Source: Erysipelotrichaceae bacterium MTC7
Lineage (GTDB): Bacteria; Bacillota_I; Bacilli_A; Erysipelotrichales; Erysipelotrichaceae
Length of the DNA stretch: 28,240 bases
Assembly (NCBI GenBank): GCA_001695645.1
Contig: LVZN01000022.1
Span: 1-28,240 of the forward strand
Direction of reading: 5' to 3'
Shown here: positions 8,770 to 17,483 of the stretch, piece after piece
Layout of the letters: every line of letters begins with the position of its first letter
Position numbering within the stretch: the stretch's first letter is position 1
Notes under the pieces: generated by a model
What the model saw: the letters and a program-made list of their open reading frames with translations, nothing else
The model's database searches: none
What the model was told of the DNA's origin: nothing
Position numbers and translations under genes: made by a program

Positions 8770-8787
8770 TTGTCAATTGCGTGACAA
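8770..8787. promoter_or_regulatory. Inverted repeat TTGTCA-N6-TGACAA overlapping the putative marR -35 (candidate MarR operator)
   Basis: The sequence TTGTCAATTGCGTGACAA has perfect 6-bp arms. On the minus strand its right arm is the TTGACA of a TTGACA-17-TGATAA promoter upstream of marR. Confidence 0.45.
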
Positions 8788-9519
8788 TTACTTATCCGTA
8801 CCTTCCATCGCCATCTGTTTTAGTTTCTTAACTTCGTATGGTTTTAATATACGGTATTCACCTTGTCGCAGATCATCCACTTTTAAATTTCCCATCTGTT
8901 TACGGTGCAAACGTGTCACATGATAGCCAAAATATTCGATCATTCGTTTGATTTGGCGATTGCGTCCTTCCACAATTGTTAAATCGAGTGACATTTGATT
9001 TTTCTTATGGTCTTTTTCAGTAACTTTGTATTTTGCTGGTAATGTTTTATGTCCATCATCTAAGACAATTCCACTTTTGAGTTCCATCAATTGTGGAGGT
9101 GTTAAAATACCATTTAATGTTAGATTGTACGTTTTTGGTAGATGGTATCGTGGATGGGCAAGCGTATTTGCGAATGCTCCATCGTTGGTTAAAATCAAAA
9201 CGCCACTTGTATCGTAATCTAGACGACCAACACTAAACAAACGTTCGTTGCTATCCACAAGCGAGAACACCGTTGGACGATCAAATTCATCACTGTTGGT
9301 ACACATTGTTTTCTTTGGCTTGTTCATCACGTAATACACCTTGTTTTCTTTGGTGATGGTTTTCCCATCCACTTGGATAGCATCTCCACGTTTTACGATA
9401 TAACCCATTTCTTTTAGCACAACACCGTTAACTTTCACACGTCCTGCTTTAATCATTTCTTCTGCCTTACGGCGACTTGCGACTCCACTAGCCGCGATTA
9501 CTTTTTGTATACGTTCCAT
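8788..9519 (-). CDS. rluB: 23S rRNA pseudouridine synthase, RsuA/RluB family
   Basis: The N-terminal S4 domain is present (RIQKVIAASGVASRRKAEEMIKAGRVKVNG). The catalytic motif GRLDYDTSGVLILTNDG is present. Position after scpB matches Bacillus. Confidence 0.85.
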   Translation of the reverse strand: MERIQKVIAASGVASRRKAEEMIKAGRVKVNGVVLKEMGYIVKRGDAIQVDGKTITKENKVYYVMNKPKKTMCTNSDEFDRPTVFSLVDSNERLFSVGRLDYDTSGVLILTNDGAFANTLAHPRYHLPKTYNLTLNGILTPPQLMELKSGIVLDDGHKTLPAKYKVTEKDHKKNQMSLDLTIVEGRNRQIKRMIEYFGYHVTRLHRKQMGNLKVDDLRQGEYRILKPYEVKKLKQMAMEGTDK

Positions 9520-9522
9520 GTT

Positions 9523-10059
9523 TTACCTATTATCGAATAGTTCTTCTTGAACTACGACCTTGTGATCTTCCAATTCTGGTAACTCTTTTAAACTTTGTAA
9601 TTGGAAAGAATCCATAAATTCTTCCGTCACTTCATAAAGGAATGGTCTTCCCGGTGCATCCGAGCGTCCACATTCTTTAATTAAGCCACGTGCTAATAAT
9701 TTTCGAATCATCATATCTGCACCAACCCCACGAATTTCTTCAATTTCCGCTCGTGTGATTGGCTGTTTGTAGGCAATAATTGCCAACGTTTCTAGCGCAG
9801 CACTTGATAGTGTTGCCATCTTGTTTGAAGAAAACAACTTTGCTGCATATTCATAAACATGTTCTTTTGAGACAAACTTGTAACGGCCACCAAAGTGGAC
9901 CAGTTCAACTCCATGTAAATCTTTTAAATACTCATCCATAAGAGAGTCCATCAAGACTTCTAATTCCTGTTGCTTGATTTCCAGAGTTTCAAGTAATTGT
10001 TCATCTGACAACCCTTCATCCCCTGCTAGAAATAATAAACCTTCAATAATATCTTGCAT
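9523..10059 (-). CDS. scpB: Segregation and condensation protein B
   Basis: The ORF has IEGLLFLAGDEGLS and LETLAIIAYKQPITRAEIEEIRGV, which are typical ScpB winged-helix repeats. It is adjacent to scpA. Confidence 0.9.
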   Translation of the reverse strand: MQDIIEGLLFLAGDEGLSDEQLLETLEIKQQELEVLMDSLMDEYLKDLHGVELVHFGGRYKFVSKEHVYEYAAKLFSSNKMATLSSAALETLAIIAYKQPITRAEIEEIRGVGADMMIRKLLARGLIKECGRSDAPGRPFLYEVTEEFMDSFQLQSLKELPELEDHKVVVQEELFDNR

Positions 10060-10060
10060 C

Positions 10061-10786
10061 TTAAACTCCCGTAATTAACCAAATCTGGTCTTCTTTATCT
10101 ACACTAAATTGGACTTCTTGATTTTTGATTAAATCAAGAATTGCCAAGAATGAAACGACAACCATATGTAAAGAGGTACAGTCACTACACAAATCTTCAA
10201 ATGAGATTTTCCCCACAACTTGTTTTAAGCGTTCTCGCAGTTGGTCACTTCGCTCTTCACTACTCATCTCTTGGATGGTCATTTGGGTTTCTAGTGGTTG
10301 ACTTAACTCAAAACGACGGATGACGCGATTCATCGCTTTAATCAAATCGTATGGATTTCCACGATAATCTTCCATGGTTACTTGTTTCATAAATTTTTCT
10401 GCATCGTGTGAAAGCGGACGTTCCATCATTTTTTGACGACTTTCATAATGCTTTTCAAAAGTAGCACTCGCTTTTTTGAATTTTTCATATTCAAGTAAAC
10501 GTTGCACCAATTTATCTCTTTGGTCTTCTTCATATTCTTCCGCAATTTCCACTTTTTCACGTGGCAATAAGCGTTTGCTTTTATATTCCAACAAGCCAGC
10601 AAGTTCACTTAAGTATTCACTTGCAACCTCAAGTTGCATCGATTCAAAAGCATTAATATACGCTAGATATTGGTCGGCAAGGATATTCACATCCAAATCA
10701 AAAAGATCCAGTTGATTTTCCTTAACTAGATGAAGCATTAAATCAAGTGGACCATCAAATTGGTCGATGTGTATTTCAAAGTCCAT
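10061..10786 (-). CDS. scpA: Segregation and condensation protein A (kleisin)
   Basis: FDGPLDLMLHLVKENQLDLFDLDVNILADQYL is the canonical ScpA N-terminus. I prefer the ATG at 10786 (AAAGGA SD) over the ORF-track TTG at 10792. Confidence 0.9.
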   Translation of the reverse strand: MDFEIHIDQFDGPLDLMLHLVKENQLDLFDLDVNILADQYLAYINAFESMQLEVASEYLSELAGLLEYKSKRLLPREKVEIAEEYEEDQRDKLVQRLLEYEKFKKASATFEKHYESRQKMMERPLSHDAEKFMKQVTMEDYRGNPYDLIKAMNRVIRRFELSQPLETQMTIQEMSSEERSDQLRERLKQVVGKISFEDLCSDCTSLHMVVVSFLAILDLIKNQEVQFSVDKEDQIWLITGV

Positions 10787-10820
10787 ATACAATATCCTTT
10801 CCTAGGTTCCTACGTTATTA

Positions 10821-10829
10821 ATTATACCA
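10821..10829 (-). promoter_or_regulatory. Extended -10 promoter for scpA-scpB-rluB
   Basis: The minus strand reads TGgTATAAT, about 35 nt upstream of the scpA start. Confidence 0.5.
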
Positions 10830-10934
10830 AAACCATAGATATCATGAAAGAGAAATATCGAAATGCCTACGGATTTTGCACTATCGTATTTTATCATTAA
10901 TCAATCGATTTGCAAAACGTTTACGATATCAAGT

Positions 10935-10964
10935 AAAAAAAGAAAACCGATAGCTATCGGTTTT
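10935..10964 (-). terminator. Intrinsic terminator of the ruvAB operon
   Basis: On the minus strand a near-perfect palindromic hairpin, AAAACCGATAGCTATCGGTTTT, overlaps the ruvB stop codon. It is followed by CTTTTTTT. Confidence 0.8.
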
Positions 10965-11964
10965 AAAACAATCCTTCATCGTGATGGATTTTTAAATGTT
11001 CATAGGCTTTGTTGGAAACAACACGACCACGTGGAGTTCTAGCAATAAAGCCAATTTGTAATAAGTACGGTTCGTAAACATCTTCAAGTGTCGTTGGTTC
11101 TTCCCCAATGCTACTCGCAATTGCTTCTAGTCCAACAGGACCTCCTTTAAAGCGCTCGATAATTCCACGTAAGTATTTATGATCAACATCGTCCAATCCC
11201 ATGTGATCAACTTTTAAGCGGTCCAACGCCATAGTGGCAATATCTAAAGAAATAACACCATCATTCATAACTTGGGCAAAATCGCGGACACGACGAAACA
11301 AACGATTGGCGATTCTTGGCGTCCCTCTAGAACGCATCGCAATTTCCGTGACTGCATCTTCATGGATTTCCGTTTCCATGACGCGTGCGGTTCGTCGCAC
11401 AATTTGTTCAAGTTCTGCTTGTTTATAATAAGCTAGTTGATTGACAATTCCAAAACGGTCGCGTAAAGGTGCACTCAAATCACCAGCTCGTGTGGTAGCT
11501 CCTACTAAAGTAAACGGTGGCAAGTCCAAACGAATGCTGCGTACACTGCTATCTTTTCCGACCACGATATCCAAGCAATAGTCTTCCATCGCAGGATATA
11601 AGATTTCTTCAACCACTTTACTTAAGCGATGAATTTCATCAATAAACAGGACATCTCCGGGTTCAAGCTGCGATAAAATGGCTGCAAGATCTCCACTTTT
11701 TTCGATTGTTGGTCCACTTGCAGTTTTAATGTTTGTGCCCATCTCATTTGCTAAAATATACGATAATGTTGTTTTTCCTAACCCTGGAGGACCATATAAC
11801 AATACATGATCCAACGCTTCATTTCTTTGCTTTGCTGCTTGAATGAAGATTTTTAAATTAGCTTTTAAATCTTGTTGGCCAATGTATTCATCAAGGGTTG
11901 CTGGACGTAGACTACTGTCATCATCACTACCCATTACATCTCCACTTACTAAACGATCATCCAT
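10963..11964 (-). CDS. ruvB: Holliday junction branch migration DNA helicase RuvB
   Basis: The ORF has [12 protein letters not shown], Walker [10 protein letters not shown], Walker [10 protein letters not shown] and TTRAG..LRDRFG. Confidence 0.95.
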   Translation of the reverse strand: MDDRLVSGDVMGSDDDSSLRPATLDEYIGQQDLKANLKIFIQAAKQRNEALDHVLLYGPPGLGKTTLSYILANEMGTNIKTASGPTIEKSGDLAAILSQLEPGDVLFIDEIHRLSKVVEEILYPAMEDYCLDIVVGKDSSVRSIRLDLPPFTLVGATTRAGDLSAPLRDRFGIVNQLAYYKQAELEQIVRRTARVMETEIHEDAVTEIAMRSRGTPRIANRLFRRVRDFAQVMNDGVISLDIATMALDRLKVDHMGLDDVDHKYLRGIIERFKGGPVGLEAIASSIGEEPTTLEDVYEPYLLQIGFIARTPRGRVVSNKAYEHLKIHHDEGLF

Positions 11965-11967
11965 TAC

Positions 11968-12543
11968 CTATACTCCTTTTTGCTTCGCCATGATACCGAG
12001 TGCTTCTTTGATGTAAGCATCTACGGTCGTTGCTTTTGATTTACGTAGTTCTTTCACTATCATATTCACTTCTTTTGGTTTATATCCTAAACTTTTTAGG
12101 GCATCGATGGCATCCAATAAGGCATCACTATCATTAACGTTTTCATCAACTTCCACCAGTTTTCCTTTTAGATCAAGTACAATTTGGCTTGCAGCTTTGT
12201 TACCAATTCCTGGCAAACTTTTTAAATACGCCATATTGCCTGATTCGATTGCTTCTACAATGGTTGCAATCCCACCAGCTGCGAGTGCTCCAATGGCAAT
12301 TTTTGGCCCAATGCCTTTCACCGAGATTAAGCGTTCAAAAAGTTCTTGTTCCTCAGTTGAAGTAAACCCAAACAAGATGTGTGCATCTTCACGAATGTGC
12401 TCATATGTATAAATCAAGACTTCTTCTTTTAAATTTAGGGTTGTCGGGTTTGGCATAAATATTTTATATCCGACCCCATGACAATCGACAATCGCATAGT
12501 CACTAGTATAGCTCCATACGTTTCCTCTAATAAATGCAATCAT
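11968..12543 (-). CDS. ruvA: Holliday junction DNA-binding protein RuvA
   Basis: The ORF has the MIAFIRG N-terminus, the HhH motifs L..VKGIGPK.A and LPGIGNK.A, and a C-terminal domain III. Confidence 0.9.
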   Translation of the reverse strand: MIAFIRGNVWSYTSDYAIVDCHGVGYKIFMPNPTTLNLKEEVLIYTYEHIREDAHILFGFTSTEEQELFERLISVKGIGPKIAIGALAAGGIATIVEAIESGNMAYLKSLPGIGNKAASQIVLDLKGKLVEVDENVNDSDALLDAIDALKSLGYKPKEVNMIVKELRKSKATTVDAYIKEALGIMAKQKGV

Positions 12544-12548
12544 AATTA

Positions 12549-13205
12549 TTACCTTTCAAATTCATTAAAGTCTTGGATAAAGTAATCCGCAACTTGTTGT
12601 ACTTCAGCATTTTGATGCTTGGTGAGTATATCTTCTACTGCACAGGTTTGAAATCCTTCATTTTGTGCAACGGTTAATGCAACTAGCAAATCTTCAAAGA
12701 CCATTGTTTGTGCAATCGGTATCTCCAATTGCTCAACACAAGCTAGAAAAATATCTGGATACTCTTTATTTTTTCCGACTTCTTGACACGTAAGCATAAA
12801 TTCAAAGTACTTCAACAAGCCTAGTCGGTCTAGTGCCAGTAAGGCATGCTCTTTGGTACAAGAAGTTGCAACACACATTTTAATTTGATGTTGTTCAAGA
12901 TAGGCTAGAAACTCGTGTACTCCTGGTTTGGTTGGAATATGATATCGATATGCTTCTTCAGCCATATCGTTCCAATCGTCCATGATTTCTGCTTTACTTT
13001 TTGGCAATTGAAACCTCTCAATAAAATAATCAGCACTTTCATTAAAGGTCATGCTTTTGATATCTTCACTGATAGACGCATCAAAAGGAATATCAAATCG
13101 GGCAAGATAAGCTACATCAATATCTTGCCACAGACCCATAGAATCCAACAGTGTTCCATCAAGATCAAAAATACAGGCCTTTACCTTAGTTAAAGGAAAC
13201 TTCAT
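12549..13205 (-). CDS. HAD-superfamily hydrolase (subfamily IA, phosphatase/beta-phosphoglucomutase-like)
   Basis: Motif I is FDLDGTLLDS, followed by a cap domain, then motif II (ATS) and a degenerate motif IV near FEDL. Its ATG overlaps the exoA stop as TAATG. Confidence 0.8.
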   Translation of the reverse strand: MKFPLTKVKACIFDLDGTLLDSMGLWQDIDVAYLARFDIPFDASISEDIKSMTFNESADYFIERFQLPKSKAEIMDDWNDMAEEAYRYHIPTKPGVHEFLAYLEQHQIKMCVATSCTKEHALLALDRLGLLKYFEFMLTCQEVGKNKEYPDIFLACVEQLEIPIAQTMVFEDLLVALTVAQNEGFQTCAVEDILTKHQNAEVQQVADYFIQDFNEFER

Positions 13206-13966
13206 TAATTTGCCTCAATTTCGAGCACAACTGGACAGTGATCACTGCCATATACATCACTTAAGATGCTAGCCCCTTGTAACTTGTCCTTTAACTTATC
13301 AGAGACAAGGAAGTAATCAATTCGCCATCCTGCATTGTTTTTTCTTGCATTGAAGCGGTATGACCACCAAGAGTACGCACCTTCTTTATCTGGATAGAAA
13401 TAGCGAAAACTGTCAATAAAATTACCTGCTTCTAAGATGTGTGTAAACGATGCACGTTCCTCATCTGTAAATCCTGCATTTTTACGATTGCTCTTTGGAT
13501 TTTTTAAATCTATTTCTGTGTGTGCAACATTTAAATCGCCACATACAATTACGGGTTTGGTTTGTTCTAGTTTTTGAACATACGCCAAGAACTCTTTATC
13601 CCATTCCATGCGATACTCCAAACGCTTCAATCCTTCACCAGAGTTTGGTGTATATACGTTCACCAAATAAAAATCATGGAATTCACAGGTGATGACTCTT
13701 CCTTCATTATCATGTTCTTCTTTATCAATTCCATAAGTTACACTTAGTGGCTTTGTTTTTGTGAAGGTAATTGTCCCTGAATACCCTTTTTTCTCTGCAC
13801 TATTAAAATATTGATAGTATCCATCCGTTAAGATTTCCGCTTGTCCTTGTTGCATCTTACTTTCTTGAATACATAGTACATCTGGTTGACTCTCTTCAAA
13901 AAACTCATAAAATCCTTTATTCATTGCGGCACGAATGCCGTTTACATTCCAAGAAATTAACTTCAT
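13205..13966 (-). CDS. exoA: Exodeoxyribonuclease III (AP endonuclease, ExoA/XthA family)
   Basis: The ORF has [26 protein letters not shown] and SDHCPV, which are EEP-family catalytic motifs. A GGGAG SD lies 6 nt upstream of the ATG at 13966. The ORF-track start at 14059 is over-extended. Confidence 0.9.
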   Translation of the reverse strand: MKLISWNVNGIRAAMNKGFYEFFEESQPDVLCIQESKMQQGQAEILTDGYYQYFNSAEKKGYSGTITFTKTKPLSVTYGIDKEEHDNEGRVITCEFHDFYLVNVYTPNSGEGLKRLEYRMEWDKEFLAYVQKLEQTKPVIVCGDLNVAHTEIDLKNPKSNRKNAGFTDEERASFTHILEAGNFIDSFRYFYPDKEGAYSWWSYRFNARKNNAGWRIDYFLVSDKLKDKLQGASILSDVYGSDHCPVVLEIEAN

Positions 13967-14000
13967 CATACACTCCCTTTGCTTGTCTTTCATGCTTACA

Positions 14001-14029
14001 ATTATACTAGAAAAGCCACTGTTTATCCA
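14001..14029 (-). promoter_or_regulatory. Promoter for exoA-HAD-ruvA-ruvB (TGGATA-17-TATAAT)
   Basis: On the minus strand, TGGATA lies at 14024-14029, followed by a 17-nt spacer and TATAAT at 14001-14006. This is about 35 nt upstream of the exoA ATG. Confidence 0.5.
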
Positions 14030-14138
14030 CTTTTTAAACCACGCAAAACATTCTTTCATGAAAAGCGAAAAGTTTTTGTGTTTTTTTGCTTAAGAAATTG
14101 TTAAAATAAGAATAGTCATATTTCGTGGGAGGACTACT

Positions 14139-15821
14139 ATGCTACATTTAGCTACAAGCACACCGACGATCCAATGGGACTTTATCCTTGGAGGATTTGC
14201 CCTATTCCTATTTGGAATCGAATATATGGGTGCTGGTTTAAAAAGCATTGCTGGTGACAAACTGCGTGATTACATTGATCGATATACTTCCAAACCTTGG
14301 AAAGGTATTATCATCGGTGCAATTATCACAACGGTCATTCAATCCAGTAGTGCCACTACTGCTATTACCATTGGATTTGTAAGAGCAGGACTTATGAAAT
14401 TAGAACAAGCTGTGGGTATCATTATGGGTGCCAATATAGGGACAACAGTAACTGCGTTTCTAATTGGACTTAAAGTTGAAAAGATGTCCCTCATATTTGT
14501 GTTTGCGGGAGTACTAGTAACACTATTCTCAAAACGTAAAAAACACATGTATGCTGGTCAAATTTGCCTTGGTTTTGGACTTTTATTCTTTGGACTTCGC
14601 TTGATGGGTGATGAACTATCATTGCTTGGTGAATTTAAACAATTCCATGCATTTGCTACACAGATGGCAAAACAACCATTCTTAGGAATGATTGCTGGCA
14701 CGGTTTTAACCGCCGTTGTGCAATCAAGTAGTGCCGTCATTGGGATTGTCCAAAAACTATACGAATCAGGAGCCATCGCTTTAACAGCGGCTTTACCATT
14801 CGTCTTTGGTAGTAACATTGGGACAACAATCACCGCAATCTTAGCTGCAATTGGTGGAAGTGTACCTGCTAGACGTACCGCTGGAATTCACGTTATGTTT
14901 AACGTATTTGGAACATTGCTGTTTATGATATTCCTAAATCCAGTGACCGGATTAATTCGTAACATTTCTGAAGCCTTAAACATAGCACCAATGATGCAAA
15001 TCGCGGTTGCTCATATTATCTTTAACTTAACCGTAACCATTCTTGCATATCCATTTATTAAACAAATGGTCTACATCGTACGCCGCTTAATTCGCGGAAC
15101 GGATGAAAAAGAAATTGAAATTGATACTTCTGGACTTGATCCATTGTTAATTGAAACATTACCAGCTGCTGCCATTAACTCAGCGCGCAATGCAACCTTG
15201 AAAATGGGTGATTTGGTACAAGAAGAACTTAAAGAAAGTTTAGCGTTCTTTAATACAAAATCAAGCAAACATAGAGAAGGTACGCAACAGTATGAAGATG
15301 CGGTAAACACTCTGGATTCAAAAATTACAGAATACTTAATTCAAGTATCGCACGAGGAATTATCACAAGATGATACTGATGCATTAATTGCAAACTTACA
15401 AGTTATCAAAAACATTGAACGTCTCGGTGATATTACAATGAATCTGATTGGATTCTACGATATGGTATATGATGAAAAACAAGATTTCTCAGATTATGCA
15501 AAAGAAGACATTAACACGATGTCAAATGTCGTTCTAGAAATGATAGATTTGGCAATGAAGTATTACTTCGAGCCAGATGAAAGCATTGCACAACAAATTC
15601 AAGACAAAGAAAACTACTTGGATATGCTCGAAGAAAAAGGACGTAAACGTCACTTCAAACGCATGTCATCACAAGAGTGTCGACAAGACTTAGCTGCTAG
15701 TGTATTCGTTGATATCTTAAGCAACTTAGAACGTATGGGAGACCATGCCGATAACATTATTAAAATGTTGCAAGATCCAACACCACAACACGAACCAGTG
15801 GTTCCTGTCATTGAAAAATAA
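14139..15821 (+). CDS. Na+/phosphate cotransporter family protein with C-terminal PhoU-like domain
   Basis: The 560-aa ORF has a duplicated QSSSA(T/V) motif in the membrane domain and a helical C-terminal half with paired ERxGD repeats (ERLGDI, ERMGDHADN). A GGGAGG SD precedes the ATG. Confidence 0.85.
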   Translation: MLHLATSTPTIQWDFILGGFALFLFGIEYMGAGLKSIAGDKLRDYIDRYTSKPWKGIIIGAIITTVIQSSSATTAITIGFVRAGLMKLEQAVGIIMGANIGTTVTAFLIGLKVEKMSLIFVFAGVLVTLFSKRKKHMYAGQICLGFGLLFFGLRLMGDELSLLGEFKQFHAFATQMAKQPFLGMIAGTVLTAVVQSSSAVIGIVQKLYESGAIALTAALPFVFGSNIGTTITAILAAIGGSVPARRTAGIHVMFNVFGTLLFMIFLNPVTGLIRNISEALNIAPMMQIAVAHIIFNLTVTILAYPFIKQMVYIVRRLIRGTDEKEIEIDTSGLDPLLIETLPAAAINSARNATLKMGDLVQEELKESLAFFNTKSSKHREGTQQYEDAVNTLDSKITEYLIQVSHEELSQDDTDALIANLQVIKNIERLGDITMNLIGFYDMVYDEKQDFSDYAKEDINTMSNVVLEMIDLAMKYYFEPDESIAQQIQDKENYLDMLEEKGRKRHFKRMSSQECRQDLAASVFVDILSNLERMGDHADNIIKMLQDPTPQHEPVVPVIEK

Positions 15822-15825
15822 AACG

Positions 15826-15852
15826 GATAGTCCTTGTGACTATCTTTTTTTT
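15826..15852 (+). terminator. Intrinsic terminator of the Na/Pi transporter gene
   Basis: The hairpin GATAGTC-CTTGT-GACTATC is followed by T8. Confidence 0.8.
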
Positions 15853-15860
15853 ACACCAAC

Positions 15861-15887
15861 AAAAAAAAGTCCATATGGACTTTTTTT
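15861..15887 (-). terminator. Intrinsic (bidirectional-looking) terminator of greA
   Basis: The palindrome GTCCATATGGAC is flanked by A8 and T7. On the minus strand it follows the greA stop directly. Confidence 0.75.
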
Positions 15888-16362
15888 ATGATAAGCTAAT
15901 AATTTTTACTTTATATGGGTTTTCTACATTTGTTACGGTAACGGTTGCTCCAACTTTACTATCAAGTAAGGCAACTGCTAACGGTGTAACATTTGATAGT
16001 TTCCCACTAAATGGATCTGCTTCTACAGAACCAACAATTGTGTATGTTTCTTCTGTATTTGAATCCAAATCTAAAATTGTTACTGTAGAACCTAACGATA
16101 CGGTTTTCTTCTTTGTTTTTGAGTCTTCAATAATCTCGATATTTGCAAGCATTGCTTCAAGTTCTGTAATACGAGCTTCCACTCTTGCTTGGTGATCACG
16201 TGCAGCATCGTAGTCTGCATTTTCACTTAAATCCCCTTGGGCACGAGCTTCTTGAAGTTCTTGAATAACAATGTTACGTTCTTCATGCACCAAATGGTGT
16301 AGTTCATCTTTTAATTGTTCATAACCGGTTTGGGTTACTAATACTTTTTCTTGATTTTCCAA
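15886..16362 (-). CDS. greA: Transcription elongation factor GreA
   Basis: The ORF has QEKVLVTQTGYEQLKDEL, GDLSENADYDAA and YTIVGS.EADP...ISN.TPLA. There is no ATG near the N-terminus. The likely start is TTG at 16362, 8 nt after AAAGGAG. The ORF-track GTG at 16371 overlaps the SD. Confidence 0.88.
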   Translation of the reverse strand: MENQEKVLVTQTGYEQLKDELHHLVHEERNIVIQELQEARAQGDLSENADYDAARDHQARVEARITELEAMLANIEIIEDSKTKKKTVSLGSTVTILDLDSNTEETYTIVGSVEADPFSGKLSNVTPLAVALLDSKVGATVTVTNVENPYKVKIISLS

Positions 16363-16399
16363 GTTCGTCACTCCTTTAGTTTTTCTATTTTGCTTTGGT

Positions 16400-16408
16400 A
16401 TTATACCA
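16400..16408 (-). promoter_or_regulatory. Extended -10 promoter for greA
   Basis: The minus strand reads TGgTATAAT, about 30 nt upstream of the greA SD. The -35 is poor. Confidence 0.45.
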
Positions 16409-16430
16409 TGTTTTTACATAAGATTCTATG

Positions 16431-17483
16431 CTAATAGTCCAAATACTTTTCAACGTTAGCTAAATGTTCTTCATAGGTTTTTGCATAATAAACTTTACCA
16501 TCACCTTGCACATCTGCGATGAAGTAATAATAATCATGCTTAGCCGGATGCAATGTTGCCTCTAAGGCTTCTTTACCTGGATTTAAAATTGGACCAATTG
16601 GTAACCCTTCGTACAAATAGGTGTTGTATGGTGAGTCAATTGTGTATTGTTTTTCACAATCCAACCAACTGTCAAATTCGTAAAGCGAATAACAAACCGT
16701 TACACTAGATTCCAGTTTTTGACCGATGTTTAGACGGTTATAGAAGACACCTGCAACTTTTTCCATGTCATCTTTTGTTGATGATTCAAATTGCACAACA
16801 CTTGCAAGCGTCACAATTTCATGAATAGACATGTTACTTGCCTCTACGTCAGCTTTAATTTTTTGGTATTCCACATTAAATTGGTTTAAGAATGTATACG
16901 TGATATCTTGCAAACTTGCTTCTTTGTTGAAGTAGTATGTTTCAGGAAACAAGTACCCTTCCAACTTCACTTTGTATTGATCGTTAAATATCTCATCAGT
17001 TAAGAATTCATAATGTGTCATCGCTTCTTTAAGGAAGGTTTCATCATTCCATAAAGCAAGTAATGCTTCTGCATTGATACCAAGTTGTTTTTCTAATTCA
17101 GCAGCGATATCTTTCGCCCAAATTCCTTCGCGAAACGTAATCAGAACTTCATCATTTTTAATATTTTCTGCTTTGGTCAAATAGTTCAAGATCTTAGGTG
17201 TACTCCAACTTTTGTCAATCATATACAAACCGACAGCAAACGTGTCATCACCATTAAGTTTCGCTGAGACCTTCGCAAAAGTTTCACTTTTGATAATTCC
17301 TTCACTTGCTAGTCGACTGACGATTGAACTTTGATTATCACCTTCGACAATTTGAAAACGAACTTCTTCGCTTTTTGAACTGACAGGTTCCAAATTGATT
17401 TTATATAAGGCAAACAGTGAAATACAAACCACCAATACGATAGCCACACCACTGATAATGATCAGTTTAAGCTTTTTAGACAC
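16431..17483 (-). CDS. mltG: Endolytic murein transglycosylase MltG (YceG-like)
   Basis: The ORF has an N-terminal TM anchor and a LysM-like region. The YceG catalytic region is present with ASVVQFES..., GVFYNRL and PYNTY. I prefer the GTG at 17483 (GGAGGA SD 8 nt upstream, GTGTCTAA overlap with the upstream stop) over the ATG at 17522. Confidence 0.85.
   Translation of the reverse strand: MSKKLKLIIISGVAIVLVVCISLFALYKINLEPVSSKSEEVRFQIVEGDNQSSIVSRLASEGIIKSETFAKVSAKLNGDDTFAVGLYMIDKSWSTPKILNYLTKAENIKNDEVLITFREGIWAKDIAAELEKQLGINAEALLALWNDETFLKEAMTHYEFLTDEIFNDQYKVKLEGYLFPETYYFNKEASLQDITYTFLNQFNVEYQKIKADVEASNMSIHEIVTLASVVQFESSTKDDMEKVAGVFYNRLNIGQKLESSVTVCYSLYEFDSWLDCEKQYTIDSPYNTYLYEGLPIGPILNPGKEALEATLHPAKHDYYYFIADVQGDGKVYYAKTYEEHLANVEKYLDY

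Noticed and set aside
10553-10568. A parS-like sequence TTTTTCACGTGGCAAT inside scpA, compared with TGTTTCACGTGGAACA (equivalently TGTTCCACGTGAAACA).
   Set aside because: Only about 12 of 16 positions match, and both outer arms are degraded. Functional parS sites tolerate far fewer mismatches.
10793-10962. A 170-nt intergenic region between ruvB and scpA, considered as a possible sRNA or riboswitch.
   Set aside because: It is explained by the ruvB terminator, one or two promoter-like elements (TTGCAA-16-TAAAAT and TGgTATAAT) and a short 5' UTR. I could find no stable conserved-looking structure or known riboswitch motif by eye.
12107-12412. A 101-aa plus-strand ORF antisense to ruvA.
   Set aside because: Its sequence is low-complexity and Ser/Ala/Pro-rich, typical of the antisense frame of a real gene. 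It has no SD, and ruvA on the other strand is unambiguous.
14023-14031. A DnaA-box-like 9-mer TTATCCACT (8/9 match to TTATCCACA) in the exoA / Na-Pi intergenic region.
   Set aside because: It is a single isolated box that overlaps the putative exoA -35. There is no cluster of boxes, AT-rich unwinding element or dnaA/dnaN nearby.
13967-14059. A 31-codon extension of ExoA ([10 protein letters not shown]...).
   Set aside because: It covers the TGGATA-17-TATAAT promoter and the GGGAG SD. ExoA homologues start at [10 protein letters not shown].
15836-16195. A 119-aa plus-strand ORF antisense to greA.
   Set aside because: It starts inside the terminator region and has no SD. Its composition is that of a shadow frame, while GreA on the minus strand carries all family motifs.
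16411-16435. A dif-like sequence on the minus strand (TAGAA-TC-TTATGTAAAAA) between mltG and greA.
   Set aside because: The XerD-arm half resembles Bacillus dif (TTATGTAAACT). However, the central spacer is 2 nt instead of 6 and the XerC arm is poor. The strongly co-oriented, rRNA-proximal context also argues against a terminus location.
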